64,000 bases of DNA from positions 29,202,001-29,266,000 of the forward strand of contig OZ024743.1 in assembly GCA_964016885.1 (NCBI GenBank), in the 5' to 3' direction. The notes beneath the pieces were generated by a model, which saw nothing but the letters and a program-made list of their open reading frames with translations, ran no database searches and was not told the origin of the DNA. The DNA comes from Eledone cirrhosa (taxonomy: Eukaryota). Positions 43,135-56,579 of this stretch are shown here, piece after piece; the first letter of the stretch is position 1; every line of letters begins with the position of its first letter. Both the position numbers and the translations under genes were made by a program.

Positions 43135-45710
43135 TAAAAAATATAAGTCAACAGCACATAAACGACAAGTGCTAAATAGATTGTTTGCCAGAGATCCTAA
43201 ATCAGTTTATCGCAGCTTAGGTGGCAAAAGCTCAATCCCTGTAAACGACACCCCTTCAAAAGAACAGGTTGAGAGCTACAAGCTAATTGGCTAAAAGAAC
43301 TGGAACAGGACTACTGCCAACATGTCCAGACAAAACAATATGACATAGATGGGTCAATACTGGAAACAGCTCTACAGAAAATGTCGAATAGGAAATCGCC
43401 AGGCCCAGACCTCATTACAGGATACTGGTTGAAGAATTTCACTTTCTATCGTCAAGATCTCATACGGCTGTTTACAGAAACCATTAAGGGCACACAAGAA
43501 CTGCCCAGATGGTTATCAACTGCCACTACTCTCCTCATTCCCCAAAATAGCCAAACCACCCTTGCTAAAAATTACCGCCCAATTGCCTGCCAAAACATCA
43601 TGTATAAATTATATACTGGGTGCCTTACCCTGTTCTTACAGGATCACTGTGCTACCAACAACATCATAACACCTGAGCAAGCTGGTGGAAAGAGGGAGGT
43701 CTGGGGTTGCATAGATCACCTACTAACTAACAAAATGATTCAAGAAAAAACAACAAAGAATCGCAGAAACATGACTGTCGTGTGGCTGGACTATCAAAAA
43801 GCATTTGATAGTGTACCTCATGGGTGGATTATTAAGGCTTTACAGTTAGCTAAAGTCCCACAACCATTGGTAGCTGCTGTTGAACGCCTGACCAAGAACT
43901 GGTACACCAATTTGATCCTTAGAGGTGAGAAGGAGCAGGTTAAGACTGATAAGATACATTACCAGAAGGGCATCTTTCAGAGTGATAGCTTGTCAGTACT
44001 ACTCTTCGTTCTCTCACTGAATCCACTATCTTACCTACTCAGGAAACAAGGTGGACAAAGAAGTGGGCCCTGAAGTATCTCCCATCTTTTCTTTGTTGAT
44101 GACCTGAAGTTGTATGGGCCAAATATCAATGACATCAAGAAACAATTGGACCTCATTACACAATTTTCAACCGACATCAAAATGAAATTTGGTGAGTCCA
44201 AGTGTGCATATTTGGCAGTAAAACGTGGAAGAGCTGTGCCCTCCTCTAGAAATCTAGAGATGAACGGCCTGACAATACAACCTCTGCAGTCAGGTGACAA
44301 CTATAGATATCTTGGACAGGATGAGAATGTCAGATATGATGGACCCATAAATAAGGAGAGAACCAGAACTGAATACCTCAGAAGAGTAAAGAAAATATGG
44401 TCATCAGAACTGTCAGCATACAACAAATACATTGCCCACAATACCTATGCTGTGCCAATTCTAACGCTAACATTTGGCCTACTGAACTGGTCATTGCAAG
44501 AACTAAGTGAGATGGATGTTAGAACTCGAAAACTTCTCAGTGTTACTGGGAACTTTAACATCAATGGTGATGTGGATAGGCTATACTTCTCACGCAAGGA
44601 AGGTGGCCGGGGTCTAAAATCAATATTAACAACATATGAGACCCGGATAGTAACACTGAAGCAACACCTTCAACAGAGGAAAAAGGTTGGCAACCATCTT
44701 GCTCAGGTTTATGAGCATGAAAAAAGAAATATCATTAGAATAGCGACTGATCCGGAGGAGAGATATGGAATAAAGCCTGATATAAATCTCTCACCCAGAG
44801 AAATCGGAAGATCCTATTCAATGTTCAAACAAGAAAAAAAAAATTGACCAATTTACAGAGAAAGTTGTGCATGGATACTTGAGGCGTAAAACACAGACCA
44901 TAGAGGGGATAAACCAATCAAAAAGCCTGGCATGGAGTTCCGACAAGTTTATGACATCACACCTTGAGGGATATCTCTATGCAATACAGGAACAAGAACT
45001 CCCTACCAAATATCTGCTGCACAAAAGAGGAGGGCCAGCAGCTGACAATAAATGTAGGCTATGTAAAACAAAGATCGAGGATGTAAGCCACATTGTTGCC
45101 AGCTGCGAAAGAATGTCATCTCGCTACTACCTCCCATGAGACACGATGGGATAGCTAGAACCATCTGGAACGCACTTCGGAAAACAAAATTAACAACAAA
45201 CGAGGATGAATATATTGAGACAGATGGCACTAAGGAATACTGGTGGAACCTGAAAATAAAAACTGCCACCAAATTAAAGCACAACCGGCCTGATATTATA
45301 GTTTGGGACCACACATTGAAAACGTGTTCTGTTGTGGAGATCAGCTGCCCACTTGATGTAAACGTTGTCAGAAAAATACAGGAGAAGGAGGACATCTACG
45401 GACCATTGATGAGGAGTTTACAAATCCAGTATCCAAGATACACCTCTAGCTTCATACCCATCATTATTGGTGCTACGGGTTATATACCAACCCGCTTGGA
45501 CCAAAGTATGACCGAACTTGGATTTGCGGACAAAAAGCGCAGCTCCCTAATTCATAGTCTACAAATGGTTGCGATAGCTGGCACCTTCAAAATTTGCAAA
45601 ACATTCTTGCGATTCAAGGGATGACAATTTCTTTTCTTTTACAACCTTGCCACCAGGAAGGTGGCCGGTCAAAAAATATACTCGAAATTAAGAGAAAGAG
45701 AAAACATATA
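43135..45710 (+). mobile_element. Non-LTR retrotransposon with C-terminal restriction-like endonuclease (R4/Dong clade), 5'-truncated, in TA-rich microsatellite
   Basis: RT and RLE motifs. Both ends abut (TA)/(TACA)-type repeats. Confidence 0.92.
43140..45624 (+). pseudogene. R4/Dong-type RT + CCHC + RLE ORF, frameshifted
   Basis: KSPGPD..GYWLK, NYRPIAC, DYQKAFDSVPH, GIFQSDSLS, HLFFVDDLKLY, RLYFSRKEGGRGL, CRLC..H..C, RHD, NRPDII..VEISCP. Split into ORFs 43381-44073, 44110-44847, 44867-45139, 45136-45624. Confidence 0.93.
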
Positions 45711-45726
45711 TACATACATATATACA

Positions 45727-46812
45727 TGGCGGCTGCCAACTCGTTTTTCGAGTACGGCCACTACTTTATATCCATGTAGGAGAACTCCTACCGATGTGCT
45801 GAACGAGTGTGACTCTTTAGTCCAGCCAGCGACTTGAAAACTCTGGTACAAACACTACACTTGTGACAATTATTGACACAGTGCTGGGCCCATGGTACCA
45901 TGTGACGACAAGTGCAGAGAGAGCTCCAGATATAAAGCAATGCCTGTGCCGTGAAGCTTTTATAGTGAGCAAAGGCACTGCACAAAGCCAGTCCCACTCT
46001 CTTAACCAAGATAATATTTACCAAACAGAAGAACAAGTCAACATCATTGGATACCATCAGAGTTGCAGGTGTTATATCAGAGTTTTCCTTCTCCTAGAAT
46101 TCTGCCTTGACAAAGGCTAAGGGGTCATCTCCCGGTATGTATATATATATATATGGTGGCTGCCAACTCGTCTTCGAGTACGGCCACTACTTTATATCCA
46201 TGTAGGAGAACCCCTACCGATACGCTGAACGAGTGTGACTTTTTAGTCCAGCCAGCGACTTGAAAACTCTGGTACAAACACTACACTTGTGACAATTATT
46301 GACACAGTGCTGGGCCCATGGTACCATGTGACGACAAGTGCAGAGAGATCTCCAGATATAAAGCAATGCTTGTGCCGTGAAGCTTTTATAGTGAGCAAAG
46401 GCACTGCACAAAGCCAGTCCCACTCTCTTAACCAAGATGATATTTACCAAAAAGAAGAACAAGTCAACATCATTGGATACCATCAGGGTTGCAGGTGTTA
46501 TATCAGAGTTTTCCTTCTCCTAGAATTCTGCCTTGACAAAGGCTAAGGGGTCATCTCTCCCGGTGATTTTGGATGGCCATTGATTCTTAAGAGCTCCTTT
46601 GCTCTTTGACAGGTTTTGTTTTTAGTCCTGCAGGATCTCCAAAGTCACCCTCCTCACCAAGAAACCTTGGTGGGGTTGCCAGTTTAGTCACCAACGACCC
46701 GACCATGAGACAGGTTGCACTGGGATACATGTTACCAGTAGCACCAACTGGTGACCTGACATTCACCTTAGCGGATCCTCAGTTCGTAATTACCAGCTGA
46801 GGATCCGCTAAG
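45727..46812 (-). mobile_element. RTE-derived non-autonomous (5'UTR + 3' end) element with partial tandem duplication
   Basis: Units ~45727-46135 and ~46153-46562 are near-identical (period ~426 bp). GGAGAAGGAAAACTCTGA RTE-like 5'UTR motif is joined directly to a C-terminal C2H2 finger CSVCTRVFKSLAGLKSHTRSAH. Confidence 0.72.
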
Positions 46813-47226
46813 TTAAAACAATTGTTCTCGGTATGGTGAACTAACTGTTGTGTAACCACTTCTATCTATCTATCTATCTATCTATATATATATATATATA
46901 TTTATTATAAGTACAGATTACACTTTAAGCAAAGAATCGCTGCCTTCACCCTTTACGGGATCATCTGATATATTAGTTGCATTCTAATGGCCTTTAACTT
47001 TTCCCTATTATTGGATATTGGTTTTGAGCATACTTACCTTACAACCTTTCCCTGATTATATCTCGGCATTGCTGTTTCGTGGATCCTAATATTTTCTAGC
47101 TTCTTTCATGTTTTCTATGTTTCATATCTACCGTCAACAACTGTGTTTACATTCTTTACATTCTTTACATTCTATATTCCATGATTTAACTATCCTTAAC
47201 GTTATCTGCATAACATAATATAGTGA

Positions 47227-47274
47227 TTCTTCTTCTTCTTCTTCTTCTTCTTCTTCTTCTTCTTCTTCTTCTTC

Positions 47275-47342
<68 letters not shown>
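47227..47342. repeat. (TTC)n(ATC)n compound microsatellite
   Basis: Direct. Confidence 0.95.
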
Positions 47343-47389
47343 GTCGAGTTTCTTCCGACAACGTTGATAATTATACTTCTCCAGCATGG

Positions 47390-48900
47390 CTTCATGTCTT
47401 TACAAACTCCCACTAGAAACGTAACATTAGAGCGCCATCCTTCTAACTTGTATGGGTTCCCATAGACGTAACTAATGTAATGCCGCTGCTTGATCCTTTC
47501 GCCATATGTGATCTATGAGACCGAGTATTCTAGCTCTATGACGTCTGTATAACCGTATAGGGATCCGTTTGTTCTCTGCGCTCTCAAGATACATTTTACA
47601 CTTTCCTCAGTAGTCTTGTATATGTGCCATCTAACCATTTCCCCATTTTTTGTGAGTGTCCAGCACTCCTTTCCATACACAAACTCATTTTCAACTGTTG
47701 ATGGAAATCACTTAGTTTAATTTCCAAATAACATCTGTTTTGTTTGCCACTGTCGAGGTTAAGCTAATTCTAGTACTTATGTCTTTTCCTGATATGTTGA
47801 TCCACGAACCAAGATATCTAAAATCCCCAACACCTTTTAGGTAATTCCCATTTTTTGAGAAAATATTATTCTCTTTCTGGTTATGTGCAATATATTCCGT
47901 TTTCTTCTCAAGTGAAGTCCAATTATTTCAGCAGCTCATTCTACTCTCTTTAACAACAGCTGTGCTTTTCGCAGATGTCTGATAACAGTGTGATATCATC
48001 TACAAAATCAGCACTAGTTATTGTTATTTCAGGGTGTTTAATGCAATGTCGATCATGTATTGTGAACTCTGTTTGATGAGCATATGTAGCCTGTCTCACT
48101 GCATAGTCGTGTGTTAATATGAAGAGGAACGAAACTAGAGTATCTCCTTGAAAAACATCCGCTTTCACTCTGAGGAAACCCGTTTCACCGTCAGGGGACT
48201 GTTCTTTAGCTTCCGTACCGTCGTAGAGGTTTCCAACTGGAATCACAATTTACAACGCAATTCCATACGCTTCCAATCCTCGATTAGAATGTCAATGACT
48301 CCAGTTTATTTTCCGTTTTTGAAGGATTTGGTTGTCTTCAAAAGTTCATATTTTGTGAAATCCTCATTAATGATTGGTAATATATTCTCAACTACTCATG
48401 TGATATTTTGTTCTCTTATGATATGTAGTTGATTAAGAAGATTTGGTAAGTGGTCTGTCCATTTTTGTACGGGTTCTTTCGACGTCTTAGCTTTTATCTT
48501 GCATGTTGGTGTATCCTTTCTACCAGTAATTTCATTGAGAGTTGTCCAAGCAATGTTTTATCATGATTGATGGTGTACTGCGTATGATATAATATTGATT
48601 GTGTTGTTTATATATGTAGCACGCTCTTCCTTATAGGTAGCCGCATGATCATGTTTGGCTGCTTGGAAAAGATCATTTGTGCCGTTGAACTGCTTTTTGT
48701 TTGGTTTTAATCTTATCGCTTTCTCATTGTACATGTTGCTTTTTCTTCTCTAATTTTGGTATGACTTGTTCAGCAGATTCGTTATGGGTAATCATGATGT
48801 CTTTATATATTTCATCAGCATTTGTTTCTTCTGCGTTTGCCTTCAGTTTATGACTTCAGTTGTGTTTTTGACTTTGATATTCCCTCATTTATATTAGTTT
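47390..48900 (-). mobile_element. Old decayed LINE (RTE-like) RT fragment
   Basis: VFQGDTL..FLFI..DY, DFVDDITLLSD (47950-48246), FRYLGSWI (~47800), VYG.ECWTLT (~47670). Confidence 0.78.
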
Positions 48901-49570
48901 GCTTTGACTGCACAGAACTCCCTATATTTTTCAGGAATGGCAAAATAAAATGTTTCTTAAAAAACCTGAAACATAACTAGCTCGTATTTCATGCATCATA
49001 GATTCTTATATTCATTCATCATAGATTCTCATTTTCTATAAAATACTTGTTTTTAAAATATTTTCTTTAGATATGGAGAGAAAGACAGTGCAGTGTCCAT
49101 TAATCTTTTCAGGGCCTCGGTAGGAAGGTAGGAAGTTATCTAGAAATCGGAAACCGGGACCAAATGCTTGAAATATAATAAACTCTGTTTAAAGAGCCTC
49201 GAAGGCCGTGTGGTCGTTTTAAACAGGTGATCCGATTACATTTTATACTAACGTAATTTACATGAACATAATTTTTAATATATATTGCCTGAGTCTTTCT
49301 TCCATTTTTTTCTGTTTTTCTTTGTTTCTAATATGTGATAAATATATACACTCGCTTTCTATGAAAACAAAAACAAATTCTAAGATTCTACATATAGTTT
49401 GTCTGTACTGGCCAATTTAGAGTGATACAAAATGAAAGTATTGTTCCCTTGACACAATATACGTTCTGAAATAATATTGCTAAATACTATTCAACAATAA
49501 ATTTCTATTGAAAGACATAATCCTATTACTTCAATGAGCTTGTATTCAAGTAACACTACAATGTATATTA

Positions 49571-49650
<80 letters not shown>

Positions 49651-49981
49651 TGGGAGCGAGACATTTCATGTGGTTTTAATAACTTAACAAAGAATTGAAA
49701 TATTTCATGAAAAATTTAAATCAGAGACGCAACCACAAGAGATCAGTTTTCCACTTTCATTAAGAAGTGCAATCTTAATTTTCAAAATACTAATACTAAT
49801 AACTACTACATAAACAACCTACCCTCCTCTTCCTCCTTTTCCTTCCCCCTCCTTCTCTTTCACCGATAACAAATACGAAAAAATATATTAAAAACTAATA
49901 TCAGGAGATACGTTTCAAATAAAACAATTTGAATTTCAATTTATAAAACTATTATTATTAATACCATTATATTATTATTAC

Positions 49982-50017
<36 letters not shown>

Positions 50018-50229
50018 TATTATTACAATTATTATATTATTATTATTGTTGTTGTTGTTAGTATTGTTATTGTTATTGTTATTATTATTATCATGAACAA
50101 CAGTTACTACTTTCACTACGTCTACTAAAACTACTATCATTTTTCAACTAGTATCAAATATTCCATTTCTTTCGAAGTATTTTTGTTTTGTATTTAATTT
50201 TTAATTATTCTTGTTTTTCAGCATTATTA

Positions 50230-50290
<61 letters not shown>

Positions 50291-50499
50291 AAAAAAACAC
50301 TGTGGTTCTTCGATGTTTTTGAATTGAGTTATGATTGTTTCAAGTTTGAAATAATCCGAATCTGAGAGTTTGTCAATGAAGGAGATTTGAAATACGAGAT
50401 TTTGGCAGGACTTCTAACAACCTTATTGAATATTAATCTAACTTCACTGCTAGCTTCACTAACAAAAACTCCGACAGAAAAGAGCAACACAACGGCAAC

Positions 50500-50768
50500 A
50501 AAAATAACAGCTTTATCATCATCATCGTCACCATCAGCAGCAGTAGAAGTAGCAGCAGCAGAGCAGCAGCAACAACAACAACAATATCATCATCATAGTC
50601 ACTATCAGCAGCAGTAGAAGCAGCAGCAGCAGCAGGAGCAGCAGCAACAACAACAACAATATCATCATCATAGTCACTATCAGCAGCAGTAGAAGCAGCA
50701 GCAGCAGCAGAAGCAGCAGCAACAACAACAGCAATATCATCACCATAGTCACTATCAGCAGCAGTAGA

Positions 50769-50801
<33 letters not shown>

Positions 50802-50995
50802 AACAACAACAATATCATCATCATAGTCACTATCAGCAGCAGTAGAAGCAGCAGCAGCAGCAGGAGCAGCAGCAACAACGACAACATTATCATCACTATC
50901 GTCACTATCAGCAGCAGTAGAAGCAACAGCAGCAGCAGCAACAGCAGCAACAACAACAGCAATATCATCATCATAGTCACTATCAGCAGCAGTAG

Positions 50996-51044
<49 letters not shown>

Positions 51045-51165
51045 AACAACAATATCATCACCATCGTCACCATCAAACAGCAGTAGAAGTAGCAGCAGCA
51101 GCAGCAACAGCAACGACAACATTATCATCACGATCGTCACCATCAGCAGCAGTAGAAGTAACAGC

Positions 51166-51220
<55 letters not shown>

Positions 51221-51245
51221 CAGCAGCAACGCAACAGCAACAAGA
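50500..51245. repeat. (GCA/ACA/TCA)-based minisatellite, ~60-70 bp higher-order unit
   Basis: AATATCATCATCATAGTCACTATCAGCAGCAGTAGAAGCA recurs about 8-9 times. Confidence 0.92.
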
Positions 51246-51347
51246 AGAAGAACTACGTTAATGGTGACATCTGACATTTGTAATAAGCCTGAGAAGCAGG
51301 CGGATATTGCAGCAATTGCTTCGACCAAGAAACGGCAGCATTAACTT

Positions 51348-52528
51348 TGATGATGATGTGATGATGATGGTGATGTGATGATGATGATGGTGATGGTGGT
51401 GATCATCATCATGATTATGAAGATCAGCCTGATCATGATGATGATGGTGATGATGATGACGATCATGAAGATCAGTCTGATCATGATGATGGCGATGGTG
51501 ATGGTGATGGTGATGGTGATGGTGATTATGACGATCAGTCTGATGATGATGATGATGGCGATGGTGATCATGATGGAGATGGTGATGGCGATGGTGATGG
51601 TGATTATAACGATCAGTCTGATGATGATGATGATGATGGTGGAGATGGTAATGGTGATGGTGATGGTGATGGTGATTATAACGATCGGTCTGATGATGAT
51701 GGCGATGGTGATGGCGATGGTGATGGTGATGGTGATGGTGATTATAACGATCAGTCTGATGATGATGATGATGATGGTGATGGTGATGGTGATTATAACG
51801 ATCAGTCTGATGATGGTGATGATGGTGGAGATGGTGATGGCGATGGTGATGGTGATTAAAACGATCAGTCTGATGATGGTGATGATGATGGCGATGGTAA
51901 TGGTGATGGTGATGATGATGGTGATTATAACGATCAGTTTGATGATGGTGATGATGGTGGAGATGGTGATGGCGATGGTGATGGTGATTATAACGATCAG
52001 TCTGATGATGGTGATGATGATGGCGATGGTAATGGTGATGGTGATGGTGATTATAACGATCAGTCTGATGATGATGATGATGGTGATGGTGATGGCGATG
52101 GTGATGGTGATTATAACGATCAATCTGATGATGATGATGATGGTGATGTTGATGGTGATGGTGATGATGATGGTGATGGTGATGGTGATGGTGATTATAA
52201 CGATCAGTCTGATGATGGTGATGATGATGGTGATGGCGATGAGGATTATGAAGCTCAGCCTCATCATGATGATGATGGTGAAGGTGATGATGATAATGAT
52301 GATGATGGTGAAGGTGATGATGATGATGATGATGATGGTGATGAAGGTGATGACGATCATGAAGATCAGTCTGATGATGATGATGGTGATGATGATGGTG
52401 ATTATGAAGATCAGTTTGATGATGATGATGGTGATGATTATTATGAAGATCATTCTGATGGTGATGGTGATGGTGATGGTGATGGTGATGGTGATCCATA
52501 TGATAACGACTATAATGACAATTATAAA

Positions 52529-52559
<31 letters not shown>

Positions 52560-52940
52560 ATGGTGGTGATGATGATGATGGTGGTGGTGGTGATGGTGAT
52601 GATAAGGGTGGTGGTGGTGATGAAGATGATGATGATGGTGGTGGTGGTGATGGTGGTGATGATGATGATGGTGGTGGTGATGGTGGTGATGATGAGGTTG
52701 GTGGTGACGGTGATGATGAGGGTGGTGGTGATGGTGATGATGAGGTTGGTGGTGGTGATGGTGGTGGTGGTGATGGTGGTGATAGTGATGGTGATGGTGG
52801 AGGTGATGGTGATTAGGGTGAGGGTGGTGGTGGGGTGATAATGATGAGGGTGGTGGTGGTGATGGTAATGAGAGGTCGGTGGTGGTGATGGTGATGATGA
52901 GGGTGTTGATGATAATGGTGAAGAGGGTGGTGGTAGTGGT
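51348..52940. repeat. (GAT/GGT)n array with recurring ATTATAACGATCAGTCTG spacer
   Basis: Triplet-phase repeat. Spacer recurs more than 10 times. Confidence 0.93.
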
Positions 52941-53648
52941 GAAGAAGAAGAAGAAGAAGAAGAAGAAGAAGAAGAAGAAGAAGAAGAAGAAGAAGAAGAA
53001 GAAGAAGAAGAAGAAGAAGAAGAAGGGCAAGAAGATGATGTTGATATATTAAGCGCCAACAAGGAAACAAGGAAAGAGCCAAAAAAAAAAAAAAAACCCC
53101 AAAAAACCCCCCAAAAACTAAAAACCAAAAACAAAAAAAAACTACAAAACAAAACAAAAACAAAACACAGTCGAAGGCATATCACAAAACACATAAAAAC
53201 AACAGCAACAGTAATAGCAACATCAATATCAACAACAACTAACGTTAATATTAGCATGAACAAAAGCAACAAGAAAAACAGCAGCTCGACACTACCCTAC
53301 TAAGTCCAGCCCAGCCAGCCCCGAGCCTCCAGCCCTCCTTTCTTGGATGCTTAATGTTTAGATGAAGGAATGATTTATAGTTAGGCTTCATGAAATATTT
53401 GTCTCATGATTTATATCAGAGAATTAATCTAGAATATGGCTGACATTAGCGATACGTTGCATCATCAAACGATTCATTTCAACAGCACATGCGCGTGTAC
53501 AAACACACACACACAGAGAAGCACACACACACAAGCACACATGCACATACAATTTTATAAACACATGCATGCATACCTTCGTACGCACACAGATACAGAC
53601 GTGCGTACGTATATACATATAAACACTAGCTATCATTTATTTATGTTA

Positions 53649-53715
<67 letters not shown>

Positions 53716-53769
53716 AATATGTATGTATATTTATATATAATATAACAAAATCATAAATATACACATTTA

Positions 53770-53803
<34 letters not shown>

Positions 53804-54300
53804 TATATATTTACATATATATATATGTATATATACACACACACACGCACATATATATATATATATATATACATACACACACAGGCACACACAAATATAT
53901 CTATATCTATATCTATATATATACACACATCTATCTCAACATATTCTGGTGTGCGTGCGGGTTTGTGTGTATTTTCTCCTCTTTCTGCTTCTCTATGCTA
54001 ATATATACTACATAACAAGTTACACACACACACACACATAAATATATATATATATATATATATGTGTGTATGTGAGTGAGTGAGTGTGTGTATATGTATA
54101 TGTATATATGTATATATATATTAATTCATCTACGATATATAAACACATCTCGCATGCAACAATCTAACCTCTACACACGAAAAAATCAGTTTTATTACAG
54201 ATACGCACAAGCACACATACTCGCGAATATATAAACGTGTACATATACACACGTGTATATACATTGATAAACACACGCATACTGTCACCCCCCCCCACAC

Positions 54301-54355
<55 letters not shown>

Positions 54356-55405
54356 ATATACAGATTTTAAATAGTTGTTTATGTGTGAGTGTGGGCGTGT
54401 GTGAGTTATGTTGGCATTGATATAAATATTATTGCATGCTAGACAGTATCTATTACTCCCAGGGAAGAGAGTGAGAGAGAGGGATTGAGAGAGAGGGAGA
54501 GAGAGAGATGGAGTGAGAAAGAAGGAGGGATACGGAGAGATGAAGAGAAAGTGTGGGGCTGGGAAAGCGTTATACAATAACATATATGTACATGAAAAAA
54601 TTGATATATAGGAACAGAAACATTGCTATATTTAAATATATATATGCATCGACCGTGTGCCACACACACAGACACTCACACACACATACGCATATATACA
54701 CGTGAACAAATACATACACACCTTACATACACACACACAATACATACGCATACATATGCTTACATATATACGCCCATACGCATACACATTCATATGTATG
54801 TGTAGATATGGTTGGACATATAGATTCATAGATTACAAAGATAGAAATCCGCAACGAAAGAAGGTTCTGTGCTCTGTGTTTATGTGTTTCTGGCATGCAG
54901 AAGAAACACCGGTTGATAATAAGGGTTAATATTTTTGTTTGACAGGAGTCAGAACCAGGTATAACCTCAATTAGATCATGTTAACATAAAGATTAAAAGA
55001 AAGTGGCTGAGAGCCAATAATATATATGTTTGAGCATAAGGATACCCTTGGTATGGATCTCCGTACAAAATTATCAACAAAAATGATAATATAAGCACTC
55101 CTAACTTATTTATCCATGAAGAGTCTTTTGATATATTTCAGTCTGTATTGATAGATTTCGGTAACATTGCCTAATGCAAATAGGCGACTGAATAAAATTT
55201 AACATAGATAGGTGCAGGTATTCTTTTGGTTATTGAAGTTGATCCGCAATCACTTGACTTCAATTTCATTTCTAGTCTGTAGCACGTTACGCATGTGCTC
55301 TCTAGTATAGCCACGGATGGACCAATAGTTTGTGCGTGAAATTTTCTAGATGAAAACAGCAGAATCCGGTTGTGTAAATGATACATAGATGCATGCACAT
55401 ATGAT

Positions 55406-55450
<45 letters not shown>

Positions 55451-55529
55451 TAGTAAAGAGGAAAAGAAAATGCTGACAAGTTTTTTTCCAGTGAAAAATA
55501 GTTTAATTAGGAATAAGTATAAATTAGTA

Positions 55530-55722
55530 ATAAATAATTGTTTCTACTTTTGGCACAAGGCCAGCAATTACTCAGTGCATTACTGGTACTTTATTTTATC
55601 GAACCCGTAAGGATGAAAGGCAAAGTCAACCTCGGAGGGATTTGAACTCAGATCGTAAAGGGACGTAACTATGCTGGAAAGCATGGCGTCCGACCCTCTA
55701 CCGACACTGCCAATTCACCGCC
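55530..55722 (-). mobile_element. SINE family A
   Basis: Full-length reverse-complement family match. Confidence 0.9.
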
Positions 55723-55891
55723 TCTCAAAATATGGATGGAAGAACTTAATTGATCTACAAAAGATCACCTAAATTGCTATTAAAGAAGCTGATAAAGGTA
55801 ACACTGTTGTCATCATGCAGACTACTATATTGATCTAGCATCACCCAGCTACAAACAATCAAAAATACCATGAGGTTGTTTTTCATTTCGG
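55723..55891 (+). repeat. Inverted copy of 59021-59189 (PLE ADKG region)
   Basis: 169-bp near-identical reverse complement. Confidence 0.9.
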
Positions 55892-56443
55892 AAAAATTAG
55901 TAATAAATAATTGTTAGTAATCAGTGTTAGTTTTAAGTTTTTTACCCGTTGCGCATTTCAAATGCTTTTCAAAAATAATTTTGAGATAGAGCGTTCGTGA
56001 TCTGGTTGGTCACGTGAATAAGTACTATAATTTTGATTGGTCGGTAGAAGTCACGTGAATGTTCAATAATAAAAGAGGTGAAATGATGTATAGTATTGTC
56101 ATAACACCAAGGTGTGTGTGAGTGTGTGTGTCCAGATTGTACGTACTGCAAGGGACTCCATTAGGCCTTGCCGTATGGGATACTTGTGTATAGAAATGTA
56201 TGTAGGATGTATGTTGATGTAGGTATGTATGTGGACGTGTGTATGTTGTGGATTTGTCTTAGGGAGAAGTGTTTAGACGGGGTCCGTATTTGTTAATAAA
56301 GTGAGATTCCTTGCTGATGCGCTTGGTGTGGGTTTATATATAAACTCCAGAGTAACTGACTCACTATTCAGCCTTAATAAAATGAAGATTAAAACCCTAC
56401 TTCAGTAGCGAGTACTTTTTTCTCCCAGCCGTCAAACACGTAC

Positions 56444-56538
<95 letters not shown>

Positions 56539-56548
56539 CACACACGCG

Positions 56549-56579
<31 letters not shown>

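Noticed and set aside
45788-46483. Duplicated host C2H2 zinc-finger gene
   Set aside because: Single finger at the 3' end of a LINE-derived unit with TA tails, and no linker-repeated fingers.
51258-53272. 590-aa poly-His, 643-aa Ile/Thr and 487-aa Met/Val ORFs as genes
   Set aside because: Several frames are open simultaneously because of (GAT/GGT)n composition. Starts fall in microsatellite-derived sequence and there is no domain signal.
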